Notes: generated by a model not told the origin, from the sequence alone. A DNA stretch of 64,000 nt from Gammaproteobacteria bacterium (GCA_050740315.1 JBOIDC010000011.1:1110-65109), one strand, 5' to 3'; counted from the stretch's first letter, positions 12,282 through 23,622 are shown. A program made the numbers and translations.

Positions 12282-13262
12282 CTAAGTCCCAGCGAGCAGT
12301 TTGCTGTGAAATTGTGCACGCAGCCGCAAAACATCGCATTGGCGCGTGAGCACAAGCATCAGGTCGCCACGGGTTCGATAACGATCCCAGTACCATCCCG
12401 CGAAAACGGCAGCAGGAATGGAGAGTAAGCCGCCATCAAAGCAAATAACCACTGCCCCGGCGCCTGTTGAAATCACCGCGCGCCCACCACGCGCCACGGC
12501 TTCCTCGGCGGCGTTAGTGACGGTTTGCTTATTGATCAGCACGCTGCGGGCTTGCATTGCAGCAATGAGCATCAGCGGCACTATCGGATTGAACGCGCCC
12601 CAGAACTGCTCAATAAACCCGGCGCCGTGGATATCCAATGTGTCCGCAACTGCTTGCTCGATGTCGTCTTCGGTGATCCCGGAATCCAGCACCATGCGCC
12701 CGTCTTGGAAGCGACCGGCGACTTCCGAAGTCGCTAGAATCGTGATGTCTGGATATGTCTCAAGCGCCGCCTTGACATAAGCCAAGGAATCGGTGGCTTT
12801 GAGCTGTAAATATCGGAAATGACTCCAGCATCATCAACAATCTTCAGGTCCCAGCCCGGCTGGGCCATATTTTCGGCAACGACGGCGCTATGGCCTTGGG
12901 GTAATGTGACATCGCCTACCGTTTGTCCATCGTTGAGCCGGTCTGCCACGAGGTATTCGAAGTACTTGCCCTTCGCACTGTTGACGATTCCCATCCACTC
13001 CGCATCGGAATAACCGAACAGCCGATCAGGTCCAAAATCGGGATTCGTATCCTGGATGGCTCGCAGTGCCAGCTCGTCAGGGTCGCGGCTCGTAAGTGTG
13101 TTGACGGCGAGTGTTGATGCGACCGCCGCCGCATCGTTCAGGCTTGAGCTTTATGTATTGACGATATTTTTCGACCAGGCGAGCCATCGGATCGATGTCG
13201 CCACCCCCGCCGCCGCGATAGCGATCGCGCCACCTTTGAACATAGGGCATTGGTCGGCTCAA
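12282..13262 (-). pseudogene. Restriction-endonuclease-like (Mrr-cat-like?) gene disrupted by two frameshifts.
   Basis: My own translation finds three consecutive ORF pieces in different frames: MPYVQRW...IKLKPE, then NDAAAV...GKYFEYLVADRLNDGQTVGDV...KIVDDAGVISDIY, then LQLKATDSLAYVKAAL...LLAGT. Each piece runs well past the junction with the next. Confidence 0.4.
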
Positions 13263-13489
13263 TCTGGCGAGTTGTGATCGCTTGGTCTGCGCGTTCTAAC
13301 CCGATCGATCGCGTTGCTACGCGATCCAGCAGCACCATCGACAGCCCTGTCTCGAAGCAGCCTGGTGACTTGCTTCTCCAAGCGTCCGACCCGATTGTTG
13401 AGTTGCACGAGCACGGAGTCCATGCCGCTAAGCACCTCTTCGATGCGCAAGTGATATTCGTTGAATCTGTCTTCCAGACGTTTAGACAT
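13259..13489 (-). CDS. Small hypothetical coiled-coil protein, 76 aa.
   Basis: MSKRLEDRFNEYHLRIEEVLSGMDSVLVQLNNRVGRLEKQV. An AGGAGA sequence lies 6-11 nt upstream of the ATG. The stop abuts the first piece of the broken gene. Confidence 0.4.
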   Translation of the reverse strand: MSKRLEDRFNEYHLRIEEVLSGMDSVLVQLNNRVGRLEKQVTRLLRDRAVDGAAGSRSNAIDRVRTRRPSDHNSPD

Positions 13490-13792
13490 GAAGCTCTCCT
13501 CAAAATGTTTAAGGACGCCCTCACTCTGAAACGCTCGCGCAAACGTCTGGTGCGAGCCGCAGGTCGGCGCATCTTAATGGTTCGACGAAACAGCAGGGAT
13601 CATAAGCGGACTTGCACCACGCATTGTTCGATTACCGACAGGCGGCATACTCGGAGCAGTCAGCGGTATCCTTTGCAACTTTGAAAAGCGTCATTTGCGA
13701 AAGGGTCACAACCTTTCGCGACGCACAAGATTCTCGATCGCGCTATGCGCTACCTAGTTCGGTGCGGAAGCGCAGATCATCGAGCCTGCAAG

Positions 13793-13847
13793 TTGATTGG
13801 TACCGACGAGTGTGTAATTATCGCACGTAGACGTAACTATAGTACGT
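13793..13847 (+). promoter_or_regulatory. Candidate promoter (TTGATT, ~16 nt spacer, TAATTA) plus a near-palindromic operator directly upstream of the RHH-PIN operon.
   Basis: TTGATT at 13793-13798 and TGTAAT/TAATTA at 13813-13820. The near-palindrome ACGTAACTATAGTACGT at 13831-13847 (inverted ACGTA/TACGT arms around CTATAG) ends 5 nt before the antitoxin ATG. Confidence 0.25.
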
Positions 13848-13851
13848 ATAA

Positions 13852-14127
13852 ATGTCAGTTAAAGTGCAGGTGTTGCTCACCGCGCGCGAACGCGAGCTCT
13901 TCAAGAGGCAGGCCCGGGCTGATGGTTTGTCGCTAAGCGCATGGTTGAAACGAGCCGGGCATGATCGTCTCGCCGCCACGCAGGCCGCGGGCGGCTTCCG
14001 GTCGGCCGAGGATCTGGAGGCGTTTTTTGTGCGTTGCGACCGGCAGGAAGCCGGTCGTGAACCGGACTGGGAGCAGCATCTTGAGGTTATCAACCGTTCC
14101 AGAGACAACGGGCTTTCCGGCACGTGA
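13852..14127 (+). CDS. Ribbon-helix-helix (CopG/VapB-like) antitoxin.
   Basis: MSVKVQVLLTARERELFKRQARADGLSLSAWLKRAG is an RHH N-terminus. The stop overlaps the downstream PIN gene start (GTGA). Confidence 0.7.
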   Translation: MSVKVQVLLTARERELFKRQARADGLSLSAWLKRAGHDRLAATQAAGGFRSAEDLEAFFVRCDRQEAGREPDWEQHLEVINRSRDNGLSGT

Positions 14128-14513
14128 TCTTTGTCGATACGAACGTTTTCATGTACGCCGTTGGGCGCGCGCACCCGCTTCGAGCCGAAGCTAGAGAGTT
14201 CTTTCGGCAAGCGCTGCCCCGGCAAGCCATGACGTTGTGCACCTCCGCCGAGGTAATGCAGGAGCTTTTGCACGCGTACGTGCCGGTGGGGCGCATCAGC
14301 ACTCTGGATGCGGCATTGCAGCTCGTCGAAGCCACCATGCACGACATTTGGCCCGTTGAGGCGGAGGATATCCGCACAGCGCGCACTCTGCTCGACGTAC
14401 ACCCCGCACTTGGCGCACGCGATTTGGTGCACCTCGCCTGTTGCCGGCGACGCGGGGCCGCGCGCGTGAAGTCATTCGATCGGGCGCTCGCCTCCGCATT
14501 TGCCGCAACATGA
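14124..14513 (+). CDS. vapC: VapC-type PIN-domain toxin, second copy, GTG start.
   Basis: VIFVDTNVFMYAVGRAHPLR...DLVHLA has the PIN N-terminal D-box. It is coupled to the RHH gene. Confidence 0.75.
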   Translation: MIFVDTNVFMYAVGRAHPLRAEAREFFRQALPRQAMTLCTSAEVMQELLHAYVPVGRISTLDAALQLVEATMHDIWPVEAEDIRTARTLLDVHPALGARDLVHLACCRRRGAARVKSFDRALASAFAAT

Positions 14514-14551
14514 TCTTGCGGCAGGTCGCTCGAGAGCTATCAAGCAAGCGC

Positions 14552-15331
14552 TTATAGCGTCAGCTCGTAATCGATCGTCAGCGGCGCGTGATCGGAGAAG
14601 CGCTGAGCCTTGTAGATAGACGCGCTCCGAATAAAGTCTTTAAGACTGGGCGTGATCACGTGATAGTCGAGCCGCCATCCCACATTTTTGGCCCAGGCCT
14701 GTCCGCGGTTGGACCACCAGGTATACGACTCGCCTTCAGTGTCCGGATGCAGATGCCGGTAGGCGTCGATCCAGCCGGCCTCGCCGAATACGACGTCCAG
14801 CCAGGCGCGCTCTTCGGGCAGAAAGCCGGAATTTTTCTGATTGCTGCGCCAGTTCTTGAGGTCTATGGTCTTGTGCGCGATGTTCCAGTCGCCGCAGATG
14901 ATGTATTCGCGCCGGCTGCGCCGCAGTTTTTGCAAGTAAGGCAGGAATTGATCCATGAAACGAAACTTGGCGGCCTGGCGAACTTCGCTGGTGGTGCCCG
15001 ATGGCAGGTATAACGACACCACGCTCAACTTCCCGAAACGCATCTCCAGGTACCGCGCCTCCGGGTCGAATTCCTCGCAGCCCAGGCCTTCGATGATCTT
15101 GTCCGGTTTCGCGCGCGCATACATTGCGACTCCGCTGTAGCCTTTCTTGAACGCGTCCACGTAATGGCAGTGCCAGCCGTCCGGCCGGAAGCACACATCG
15201 CTGAGCTGATGTTCCTGCGCCTTGGTTTCCTGCAGGCACACCACGTCTGCGTTCTGCGCGACGAGCCAGTCGAACAGGCCCTTGCGGGCGGCCGAACGGA
15301 TACCGTTGACGTTGAGCGTGATGATTCGCAT
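14552..15331 (-). CDS. xthA: Exodeoxyribonuclease III.
   Basis: [14 protein letters not shown]...VVCLQETK...GDWNIAH...SDHAPL, the full-length EEP nuclease signature. Confidence 0.9.
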   Translation of the reverse strand: MRIITLNVNGIRSAARKGLFDWLVAQNADVVCLQETKAQEHQLSDVCFRPDGWHCHYVDAFKKGYSGVAMYARAKPDKIIEGLGCEEFDPEARYLEMRFGKLSVVSLYLPSGTTSEVRQAAKFRFMDQFLPYLQKLRRSRREYIICGDWNIAHKTIDLKNWRSNQKNSGFLPEERAWLDVVFGEAGWIDAYRHLHPDTEGESYTWWSNRGQAWAKNVGWRLDYHVITPSLKDFIRSASIYKAQRFSDHAPLTIDYELTL

Positions 15332-15465
15332 GCGTTTCTAGGGCGGACGACCTGGCGAAGACGCGGCATTGTAGTGGCGCGCCACGCACTTGGAAACCAC
15401 GCGCGATTGCCGCACGCCAGTTACACGGTCAGAATGGCGCCGACCAACGACGCCTTGCCAGGAAT

Positions 15466-16101
15466 ATGAATTTCAAAACCGAGTTTCTGAAGCTTGCCAT
15501 TGCGCAGGGCGCGTTGCGCTTTGGCGAATTCACCCTCAAATCCGGGCGTGTGAGTCCGTATTTCTTCAACGCCGGCCAGTTCAGCGGCGGCGCCGCCCTG
15601 GCCAGCCTGGGGCGATTCTACGCGCAATCGATAACGGCTTCGGGCCTCGGATTCGACATGCTGTTCGGACCCGCTTACAAGGGCATCCCGCTGGCCACGG
15701 CCACGGCGATCGCGTTTACGGAACAGGGGCGCGATGTGCCTTGCGCGTTCAACCGCAAGGAGATCAAGGACCACGGCGAAGGCGGTGCTCTGATGGGCGC
15801 GCCGCTGGCCGGGCGGGTGCTGATCATCGACGACGTGATCACGGCAGGCACCGCGATCCGCGAATCAGGGCGGATCATTGAAGCCTCGGGCGCCAAACCG
15901 GTCGGCGTCGCCATCGCGCTGGATCGCCAGGAACGCGGGCAGGGTGAGCTGTCGGCGGTACAGGAAGTAAGCCAGCGTTACGGACTGAACGTCGTCGCCA
16001 TCGCTTCGCTGGCTGACCTGCTGGCATTTGTAGGACATCAGCCCGAAATGGCGGCGACGCGGTGCGCGATAGAACGCTATCGAGCGCGCTATGGGGTGTG
16101 A
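15466..16101 (+). CDS. pyrE: Orotate phosphoribosyltransferase.
   Basis: [19 protein letters not shown]...[14 protein letters not shown], the PRPP-binding motif. Confidence 0.9.
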   Translation: MNFKTEFLKLAIAQGALRFGEFTLKSGRVSPYFFNAGQFSGGAALASLGRFYAQSITASGLGFDMLFGPAYKGIPLATATAIAFTEQGRDVPCAFNRKEIKDHGEGGALMGAPLAGRVLIIDDVITAGTAIRESGRIIEASGAKPVGVAIALDRQERGQGELSAVQEVSQRYGLNVVAIASLADLLAFVGHQPEMAATRCAIERYRARYGV

Positions 16102-16119
16102 GCTTGCCGCGGTCAGCCA

Positions 16120-16875
16120 TTAGCCGGCGATCAGCTTCGCCCCTATTGTCAATGTCACGATCTCAAAACCGCGCTTGATCCAGCGGTTGCCCTTGACGAT
16201 GGAAAGGTGCGCGCCGAGATAACCGCCGATCAGCGACCCCAGCAGCAGCGCGGGCAGCCATTCCCATTTGATTTCGGCAAGTAGCCCTAATGCCACCGCG
16301 CCGGTTCCGTTCCAGAACAAACCCACCATCACCAGCGTGTAGGCGACCGCGCGGCGGTAGTCCAGGCCGTGCCAGCGGATCAGCCACAGCGTGGCGATGA
16401 GGCCGGTGCCGGAGGCGAGCGAGCCATTGAGCACGCCGACGACGAACATGGCCGCACCGCTCATCGATAAGCCGGAAGCATCGGCATGGCGTGGTTCGTA
16501 ACGTTGACCCAGCGCAGGTTTGAATACGGAATAGACGCCGAGGCTGGCGGTCAGCACGCCCAACGCGACCTCGGCGGCGCGATCGGGCACAGCAATGATG
16601 ATATTGGCGCCGACGATCACCCCCGGCAATCCGGTCAGCAGCATCGGCAGCCAGAAACGCCTTTCCAGATGCCCTTCACGCCAGTGCCGCAAGGTCGCGC
16701 CAAGACCCAGGGCAACGCTCGCGACCTTGTGCGTCGCGAGCGCGATACCGAAAGGTAATCCCAGGAAAATGAGCGCCGGGAACTGGATAAGGCCCGCGCC
16801 GCCGCCGGAAAACGCGGAAAACACGTTGGCGAGCAGCGATACGAGGAACAGTAGCAGTTGGTCGGCTAAAGGCAA
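16120..16875 (-). CDS. TauE/SafE (DUF81) family sulfite/anion exporter.
   Basis: 251 aa, about 8 TM segments, duplicated GxxxG-rich halves typical of DUF81. Confidence 0.7.
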   Translation of the reverse strand: MPLADQLLLFLVSLLANVFSAFSGGGAGLIQFPALIFLGLPFGIALATHKVASVALGLGATLRHWREGHLERRFWLPMLLTGLPGVIVGANIIIAVPDRAAEVALGVLTASLGVYSVFKPALGQRYEPRHADASGLSMSGAAMFVVGVLNGSLASGTGLIATLWLIRWHGLDYRRAVAYTLVMVGLFWNGTGAVALGLLAEIKWEWLPALLLGSLIGGYLGAHLSIVKGNRWIKRGFEIVTLTIGAKLIAG

Positions 16876-17091
16876 CGTTCGGTCACAAGTTGCTAAAAAT
16901 TGTCAATGCGATGGTGGATGCTGCCAGCTCTGGCCTCGACAGGGCCGCCGAAGCGCATGATCGGCGATTCTGTGCCTGGGTGCGGGCCGAGTCTGGCATA
17001 CATTCTGTATCGAGTGTGTGGCGATACACGAGCGAGGCAAGACCGCATGGGCAACTTCCCGGCCGGATAAACCACGCAACGAGCACGCGGT

Positions 17092-17727
17092 ATGAAGAAC
17101 AATGCGCGAAGGAGATGCCAAATGGTTTTGCGTTTAAGCGTGATGCTGGCGCCGCTCACGGTCATGGCAGCGTTGCTGGCTGGCGTCAAGTGGGTCGATG
17201 CCGGCGCCTACCGCTGGGTAGACGCGGAAGGCCGGGTTCACTACAGCGATACGATACCGGCGGAGCACGTGCGGTCGGGTTATCGGCTTTATGACGAGGA
17301 AGGGCGTCAGGTCAATGTGGTGGAGCCCGCCAGGACTGAGCAGGAAATCCAGAGTGCGCTCGAACGCGAAGCGAAAGCGGCGGAGCAGGCGCGCCGCGAT
17401 CGCATCCTGCTGGCGACCTTCACCAGCGAAGAAGATCTCAAGTTTGTGCGCGATGACCGTCTCGCCGCGCTGAATTCAACCCTGTTGATCACGCGGGAAA
17501 AGCTCGCGGAGCTGCGGTTGCAGCACGCCGACCTCGATGCGCAGGCGAAAAGTTACACGGCAAAACAGCAGCCGGTGCCTGCTGACCTTGCGAGCAGACT
17601 GGAACGCCTGCGCACCAATATTAGCTATTTGGAGGACAGTCTGGCCGCCAGACAGCGCGAAAAGCGCATGCTGAAAAAAACCTTCGCGGCCGATCTGGGA
17701 CGTTACCGCGAATTGACGCGTCGCTGA
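17092..17727 (+). CDS. DUF4124 domain protein, secreted. The likely start is the internal ATG (MVLRLSVMLAPL).
   Basis: Signal peptide, then YRWVDAEGRVHYSD (DUF4124 motif), then a charged coiled-coil C-terminus. Confidence 0.55.
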   Translation: MKNNARRRCQMVLRLSVMLAPLTVMAALLAGVKWVDAGAYRWVDAEGRVHYSDTIPAEHVRSGYRLYDEEGRQVNVVEPARTEQEIQSALEREAKAAEQARRDRILLATFTSEEDLKFVRDDRLAALNSTLLITREKLAELRLQHADLDAQAKSYTAKQQPVPADLASRLERLRTNISYLEDSLAARQREKRMLKKTFAADLGRYRELTRR

Positions 17728-17787
17728 AGCTCGGAATCACGCCAGCGGTAGTATCGCGGAACCGCTATTAGGCCACGCGCGAGTTCG

Positions 17788-18696
<909 letters not shown>

Positions 18697-18719
18697 TCAG
18701 CTTAAGCCACAGCTTTACG

Positions 18720-20090
18720 CTAGAACGGCAGCTTGAGGCCGGCATCGACCTTTGTGAGCTGCTGGCGAAACGTCTGCTGAATCCGCTTGATGCCCGCATC
18801 GTCATCCGCTTCGAAGCGGATCACCAGACTGGGCGTCGTGTTAGACGCGCGCACCAGTCCCCAGCCGTGCGGATAATCCACGCGCAGGCCGTCGATGTCG
18901 CTGACATTCGCTTCGCCGAAATCGGCTTGCGCCACGAGTTTTTTCATGAACGCGTGCTGCGCGCCGTCGTTCTCGAAATCGACGATGATCTCGGGCGTGT
19001 TGATGGCGTCGGGCAGCGCGGCGAAGACCGCATGGCTGGTGCGCTTGTCTTTCGACAGTATCTCCAGCAGGCGCGCGGCGGCGTAGAGCCCGTCATCGAA
19101 GCCGTACCAGCGTTCCTTGAAAAAGATATGGCCGCTCATCTCGCCGGCCAGCAGCGCGCCGGTCTCTTTCATCTTGGCCTTGATGAACGAGTGGCCGGTC
19201 TTCCACATGCGCGGTTTGCCGCCATGTTCGGCGATCACGGTGTCCAGATGGCGTGAGGACTTGACGTCGTAGATGATCTCCGCGCCGGGATTGCGCGACA
19301 GCACATCGGCCGCGTACAGCATCATCTGGCGGTCGGCCCAGATCACGTTGCCTTCGTTGTCGATCACGCCCACGCGGTCGCCGTCGCCGTCGAACGCGAG
19401 CCCCAAGTCGAGCTTCCGGGTACGCACCGTTTCGATCAGCGTTTCCAGGTTTTCGAGCTGGCTGGGGTTGGGATGATGATTGGGGAAATTACCGTCCACG
19501 TCGCAGAACAGTTCCGTGACTTCGCAGCCGAGCTGCGAGAACAGCCGGCCGGCCACCGGTCCCGCCACGCCGTTGCCGCAGTCGATGGCGATGCGCAATG
19601 GCCGCGCCAGCCGCACGTCTTCGCAGATCCGCTCGACGTAAATCTGATTGAGGTTGTCCGTTTCGCGTTTGCCCTTGCCTTCGGCCAGGGCGCCGGTGCG
19701 GATGCAATCGTAAATCGCGGTGATACGCTCGGAAAACAAGGTGTGGCCGTCCATCACCATCTTCAGGCCGTTATAGTCAGGGGGATTGTGGCTGCCGGTG
19801 ACCATGATGCCGGCGCCGGTTTTCAAGTGATGCGTGGCGAAATACAGCACCGGCGTCGGGCACTGACCGATATCTATGGCAGTGTGCCCGGCGGCCACCA
19901 GGCCCTCGCATATGGCATTCGCCAGTTCCGGGCTGGACAGGCGTCCGTCGCGCGCGACCGCCACTCGCGGGCTGTTTGGATACAGGCTGCCCACCGCCTG
20001 GCCGATGCTGCGTACTACGTCCGCGGTTAAGGTCTTGCCGACCACGCCGCGGATGTCGTAGGCGCGGAAGATGTCGGGGTTGATATTCAT
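18720..20090 (-). CDS. algC: Phosphomannomutase/phosphoglucomutase.
   Basis: FRAYDIRG...GIMVTGSHNPPDYNG...DGDGDR. Confidence 0.9.
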   Translation of the reverse strand: MNINPDIFRAYDIRGVVGKTLTADVVRSIGQAVGSLYPNSPRVAVARDGRLSSPELANAICEGLVAAGHTAIDIGQCPTPVLYFATHHLKTGAGIMVTGSHNPPDYNGLKMVMDGHTLFSERITAIYDCIRTGALAEGKGKRETDNLNQIYVERICEDVRLARPLRIAIDCGNGVAGPVAGRLFSQLGCEVTELFCDVDGNFPNHHPNPSQLENLETLIETVRTRKLDLGLAFDGDGDRVGVIDNEGNVIWADRQMMLYAADVLSRNPGAEIIYDVKSSRHLDTVIAEHGGKPRMWKTGHSFIKAKMKETGALLAGEMSGHIFFKERWYGFDDGLYAAARLLEILSKDKRTSHAVFAALPDAINTPEIIVDFENDGAQHAFMKKLVAQADFGEANVSDIDGLRVDYPHGWGLVRASNTTPSLVIRFEADDDAGIKRIQQTFRQQLTKVDAGLKLPF

Positions 20091-20174
20091 ATGAATCCTT
20101 TAATCCTTTCGCTCGATTGGTAACGCTCGCCCACGGCAGCAGTGGCATCAACGGTCTATCGCGAGTCTTCGCTC

Positions 20175-20645
20175 CTATTGCCGGCCGGAATGCCCAAAGC
20201 CGCCCGCGCCGCGCGCGCTGGCCTCGAAATCCTCCACCACGTCGAAGCGGGGCTGCACGATCGGCACGAATACCAGTTGTGCGATCCGCTCGCCGACGGC
20301 GATGGTGAACGGTTTGTCACCCCGATTCCAGCAGGAGATCAAGATCTCGCCCTGATAGTCGGAATCGATCAGCCCCACCAGATTACCCATGACGATGCCG
20401 TGTTTGTGGCCCAGGCCGGAGCGCGGGATCACCACGGCTGCCAGCCGCGGATCGCGGATGTGCAGCGCGAAACCGCCTTTGATCAATCCGGTCGCGCCAG
20501 GCGTTAACGTCAGAGGCTCGTCCAGGCAGGCTCTGAGATCCATCCCCGCCGAACCCGGGGTCGCGAAATCCGGCAGCGGAAACTCCACGCCCAGCCGAGG
20601 GTCGAGGATCTTGAGCTGGATCCTGGCGGCATTTGGCTGGTCCAT
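20175..20645 (-). CDS. dut: dUTP diphosphatase.
   Basis: KILDPRLG...GSAGMDLRA...[27 protein letters not shown]...GGFGHSGRQ. Confidence 0.92.
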   Translation of the reverse strand: MDQPNAARIQLKILDPRLGVEFPLPDFATPGSAGMDLRACLDEPLTLTPGATGLIKGGFALHIRDPRLAAVVIPRSGLGHKHGIVMGNLVGLIDSDYQGEILISCWNRGDKPFTIAVGERIAQLVFVPIVQPRFDVVEDFEASARGAGGFGHSGRQ

Positions 20646-20646
20646 C

Positions 20647-21866
20647 TCAGCCCTGCGCGCGGCCCAGCGACTGGACGCTGCCGCCGCGTTGCGTGCGATA
20701 GCGCTGCGCGATCAGTCCGATCAGCTCGCGCGCGAGCTGATCTTTGCTGGCGCTGGGCAGGCTCTGGTGGCCGCCCGGCCAGAACACTTCCAGGGCGTTG
20801 TCCTCGCATTCGAAACCGCGTCCCGCGCCGACCAGATTGGCGGCAATCATGTCCAGCTGTTTGACGGTCAGCTTGGTTTGCGCGTGCGTCGTCAAATCCT
20901 CTGTTTCAGCCGCGAAACCCACGGTAAAAGGCGGCCGCGCCATCGCGGCGACCGCCGCGACGACATCCGGATTCGGGACCATCTCCAGGGAAAACGGCTG
21001 GCCGGCTTTCTTGATCTTGCGCGTCGCGGTGTTTGCAGGCCGGTAATCCGCCACTGCCGCGCAGGCGATAACGATGTCCGGGCCTTTCTGTAACACGGCC
21101 GCGCACATGTCCTCAGCCGTTTCGACGTCGATGCGCGTGACATTGGCCGGCGTGGGTAAAGTCACCGGCCCGCTGATCAGCGTGACAGTCGCGCCCGCCT
21201 CGGTCGCCGCGCGCGCCAGCGCGAAACCCATGCGGCCGGAACTGCGATTGCTGATGTAGCGCACCGGATCGATGGCCTCGCGTGTCGGTCCGGCCGTGAT
21301 CAACACCTTGAGACCTGCAAGTTCTCCGCTGACAAACGTTTCCGCGAGCATCGAGACCAGCGTGTCCGGTTCCAGCATGCGCCCGGGCCCTTCCTCGCCG
21401 CAGGCCTGATCGCCGGCGCCGGGCCCGAACAGCCGCACGGCGCGTGAGCTCAGGGTGTCACAATTTGCCCGTGTGGCCCGGTTGGCCCACATGATGCGAT
21501 TCATGGCCGGCGCCAGCGCGACCGGCGCACCGGTGGCGAGGCATAATGTTGCGAGCAGATCGTCGGCGAGACCGTGCGCGAGGCGGGCGATAAAATCCGC
21601 GCTGGCCGGCGCCACCAGCACGCAATCCGCCCAGCGCGCGAGTTCGATGTGGCCCATCGCGGCCTCGGCGCGCGGGTCCAGCAGGTCTGTATGCACCGGA
21701 TTGCCGGACAGAGCCTGAAACGTCAGCGGCGTGACGAATTCACGCGCCGCCGCGGTCATCGCCACGCGCACGTCCGCGCCGGCGTCTCGCAGGCGTCGCG
21801 TGAGGTCGGCGGCCTTGTAAGCCGCGATACCGCCCGTGACGCCGAGCAGAACGTGCTTGTTGGCGA
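20647..21866 (-). CDS. coaBC: Bifunctional phosphopantothenoylcysteine decarboxylase / phosphopantothenate-cysteine ligase.
   Basis: [21 protein letters not shown]... flavoprotein half plus a CoaB half ([22 protein letters not shown]). It sits immediately upstream of dut, as in the dfp-dut operon. Confidence 0.9.
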
Positions 21867-21994
21867 GCGAGGTCATGGGCCGCAAGTTTATCAGAAAGCC
21901 GGATGCGCCTGATAAAACGTGCGCTGGTTAAAATGTCGTCAAGGCGCCTTGACTTAACCTTCAAGATTCTCGACTTGAACTTACGGAGAGTGAA

Positions 21995-22666
21995 ATGTCC
22001 ATCGCCCACTGGCCCGCCGATGAGCGGCCGCGCGAGAAGCTGCAGGCCCGCGGCGCGCCCGCCTTGTCCGACGCCGAGTTGCTGGCGATCTTTCTGCGCA
22101 CCGGCGTGAAAGGCAAGAGCGCGGTCGATCTGGCGCGCGAACTGCTGAAGCAGTTCGGCGGGCTGCGCGGCTTGCTGAACGCGGATCAGGCGAGCTTCTG
22201 CGCGGGCAAAGGTTTAGGTGCGGCCAAATACGTGCAGTTGCAGGCGGTGCTGGAGATCGCGCGCCGGCATTTGCTCGAAACCGTGAAGCGCGGCGATCCG
22301 CTGTCGAATCCGGCGGATACGCGCAACTATATGACCATGCGGCTACGCCACCATGCGTCCGAGGTCTTCGCCGCGCTGTTTCTGGATAACCGCCATCGCG
22401 TGATCATGTTTGAAGAGCTGTTTCACGGCACCATAGACGGCGCCAGCGTACACCCTCGCGAAGTGGTCAAGCGCGCGCTGCATTACAACGCGGCGGCGGT
22501 TATATTCGCACACAACCATCCTTCCGGCGTGGCCGAGCCCAGCGCGGCCGATCGCCATATCACGCAGCGACTCAAGGATGCGCTGGCGCTGATCGACGTG
22601 CGCGTGCTCGATCACATCGTGATCGGCGATGACACGGTTTCGTTCGCCGAACGCGGCTTGCTTTAA
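21995..22666 (+). CDS. radC: RadC-like JAB/MPN domain protein (UPF0758).
   Basis: [14 protein letters not shown]...[21 protein letters not shown]. Confidence 0.88.
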   Translation: MSIAHWPADERPREKLQARGAPALSDAELLAIFLRTGVKGKSAVDLARELLKQFGGLRGLLNADQASFCAGKGLGAAKYVQLQAVLEIARRHLLETVKRGDPLSNPADTRNYMTMRLRHHASEVFAALFLDNRHRVIMFEELFHGTIDGASVHPREVVKRALHYNAAAVIFAHNHPSGVAEPSAADRHITQRLKDALALIDVRVLDHIVIGDDTVSFAERGLL

Positions 22667-22731
22667 AAGATCCCCGCGTTAACCGCCCCCGGATACGCAA
22701 CGGTCAAGGTGACTATGGTTGCGCAGATGCG

Positions 22732-23622
22732 TCAGGATTCGTCGTAGGCAAACGAATCGGTCTTGATGACTTGGCCTTGTGAATCGGTGACCACGACCCG
22801 CCATTCGCCCGTCATCGCCTCGGTGAGGTCCTTGCTGGAGTACACACGCCAGCGATCACTGCCGATATCGAACGACACTTCGGCCATCACCCGGCCTTCG
22901 TGCTCCCAGCGGTGCGTGACGGTTTCGCCGCTCAAGCCGGTAATCTCGGTGAAATAAAACAACGTCCGCAGCGCCTGCCCGTTACTGGAAAATACCGCCT
23001 CCACGCGATCCACCGGTTCGCGCCCCTCGATCCGGGTCGTGAACTGCGCGCGCGCAATGTGATCCACGCCGGATGATGGCTCCGACCCCTCGGGCGCTGT
23101 TTCGAGCCGGGCCATATCGGATTCGACCGGATCAGATTCGGCCGGCGTGTGCGACCCGCCCGCGGTCGTTTGCCGCGCAGGAGCTCCCTGGGCTTCGACG
23201 GCAGGAGGTTCGGCGTTCGCTCGCACCACTGGTTCAGTATCGGTTACGGATTCGGGGGTGACCGCCGGCGCGGCCTTGTCCGCTGATGCGTCGGTATCGC
23301 GGGCCTCGTGCGCGGACAAGCTGGATTGATCCGGCGCTTCATCGCCCGTTGGGCGATTGTCGGCCGCGGCGACTGGATCATTGGATTCAGCGGACTCAGC
23401 GCCTGTATTTTCTGCCGCGCGGTTGGAACCCTCGGCAGTGCGCTCGAGGCCCGTCCCGGCTCCGGCTTGGGTTGCTGCTGGACTGATTTCGCCATCGGCT
23501 GGTTCGTTGTAGTTCAACACGGCGGCCAGAAACAAGCCGCCCCACAGCACCAGGGTGGCGACTGCGGTCACGCGAGTGAGCCGATAGGCAATACCGCGGG
23601 TGCGGCGTCTGTGGCGTCTCAT
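22732..23622 (-). CDS. DUF2914 domain membrane-anchored protein, paralogue A.
   Basis: Start MRRHRRRTRG, then a TM segment, then an acidic Ala/Pro/Glu-rich linker, then a C-terminal domain ...VTHRWEHEGRVMAEVSFDIGSDRWRVYSSKDL...GEWRVVVTDSQGQVIK. Confidence 0.55.
   Translation of the reverse strand: MRRHRRRTRGIAYRLTRVTAVATLVLWGGLFLAAVLNYNEPADGEISPAATQAGAGTGLERTAEGSNRAAENTGAESAESNDPVAAADNRPTGDEAPDQSSLSAHEARDTDASADKAAPAVTPESVTDTEPVVRANAEPPAVEAQGAPARQTTAGGSHTPAESDPVESDMARLETAPEGSEPSSGVDHIARAQFTTRIEGREPVDRVEAVFSSNGQALRTLFYFTEITGLSGETVTHRWEHEGRVMAEVSFDIGSDRWRVYSSKDLTEAMTGEWRVVVTDSQGQVIKTDSFAYDES

Noticed and set aside
12734-12994. The 86-aa ORF MGIVNSAKGKYFEYLVADRL... as a stand-alone gene.
   Set aside because: Its frame stays open upstream to 13150 with no start codon, and it is in frame-shifted continuity with the flanking ORF pieces. 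It is better explained as the middle piece of one disrupted gene.
17745-17765. Short hairpin GCGGT-N11-ACCGC between the convergent DUF4124 gene and argB.
   Set aside because: Only 5 bp of stem and no U-tract. Too weak to call a terminator.
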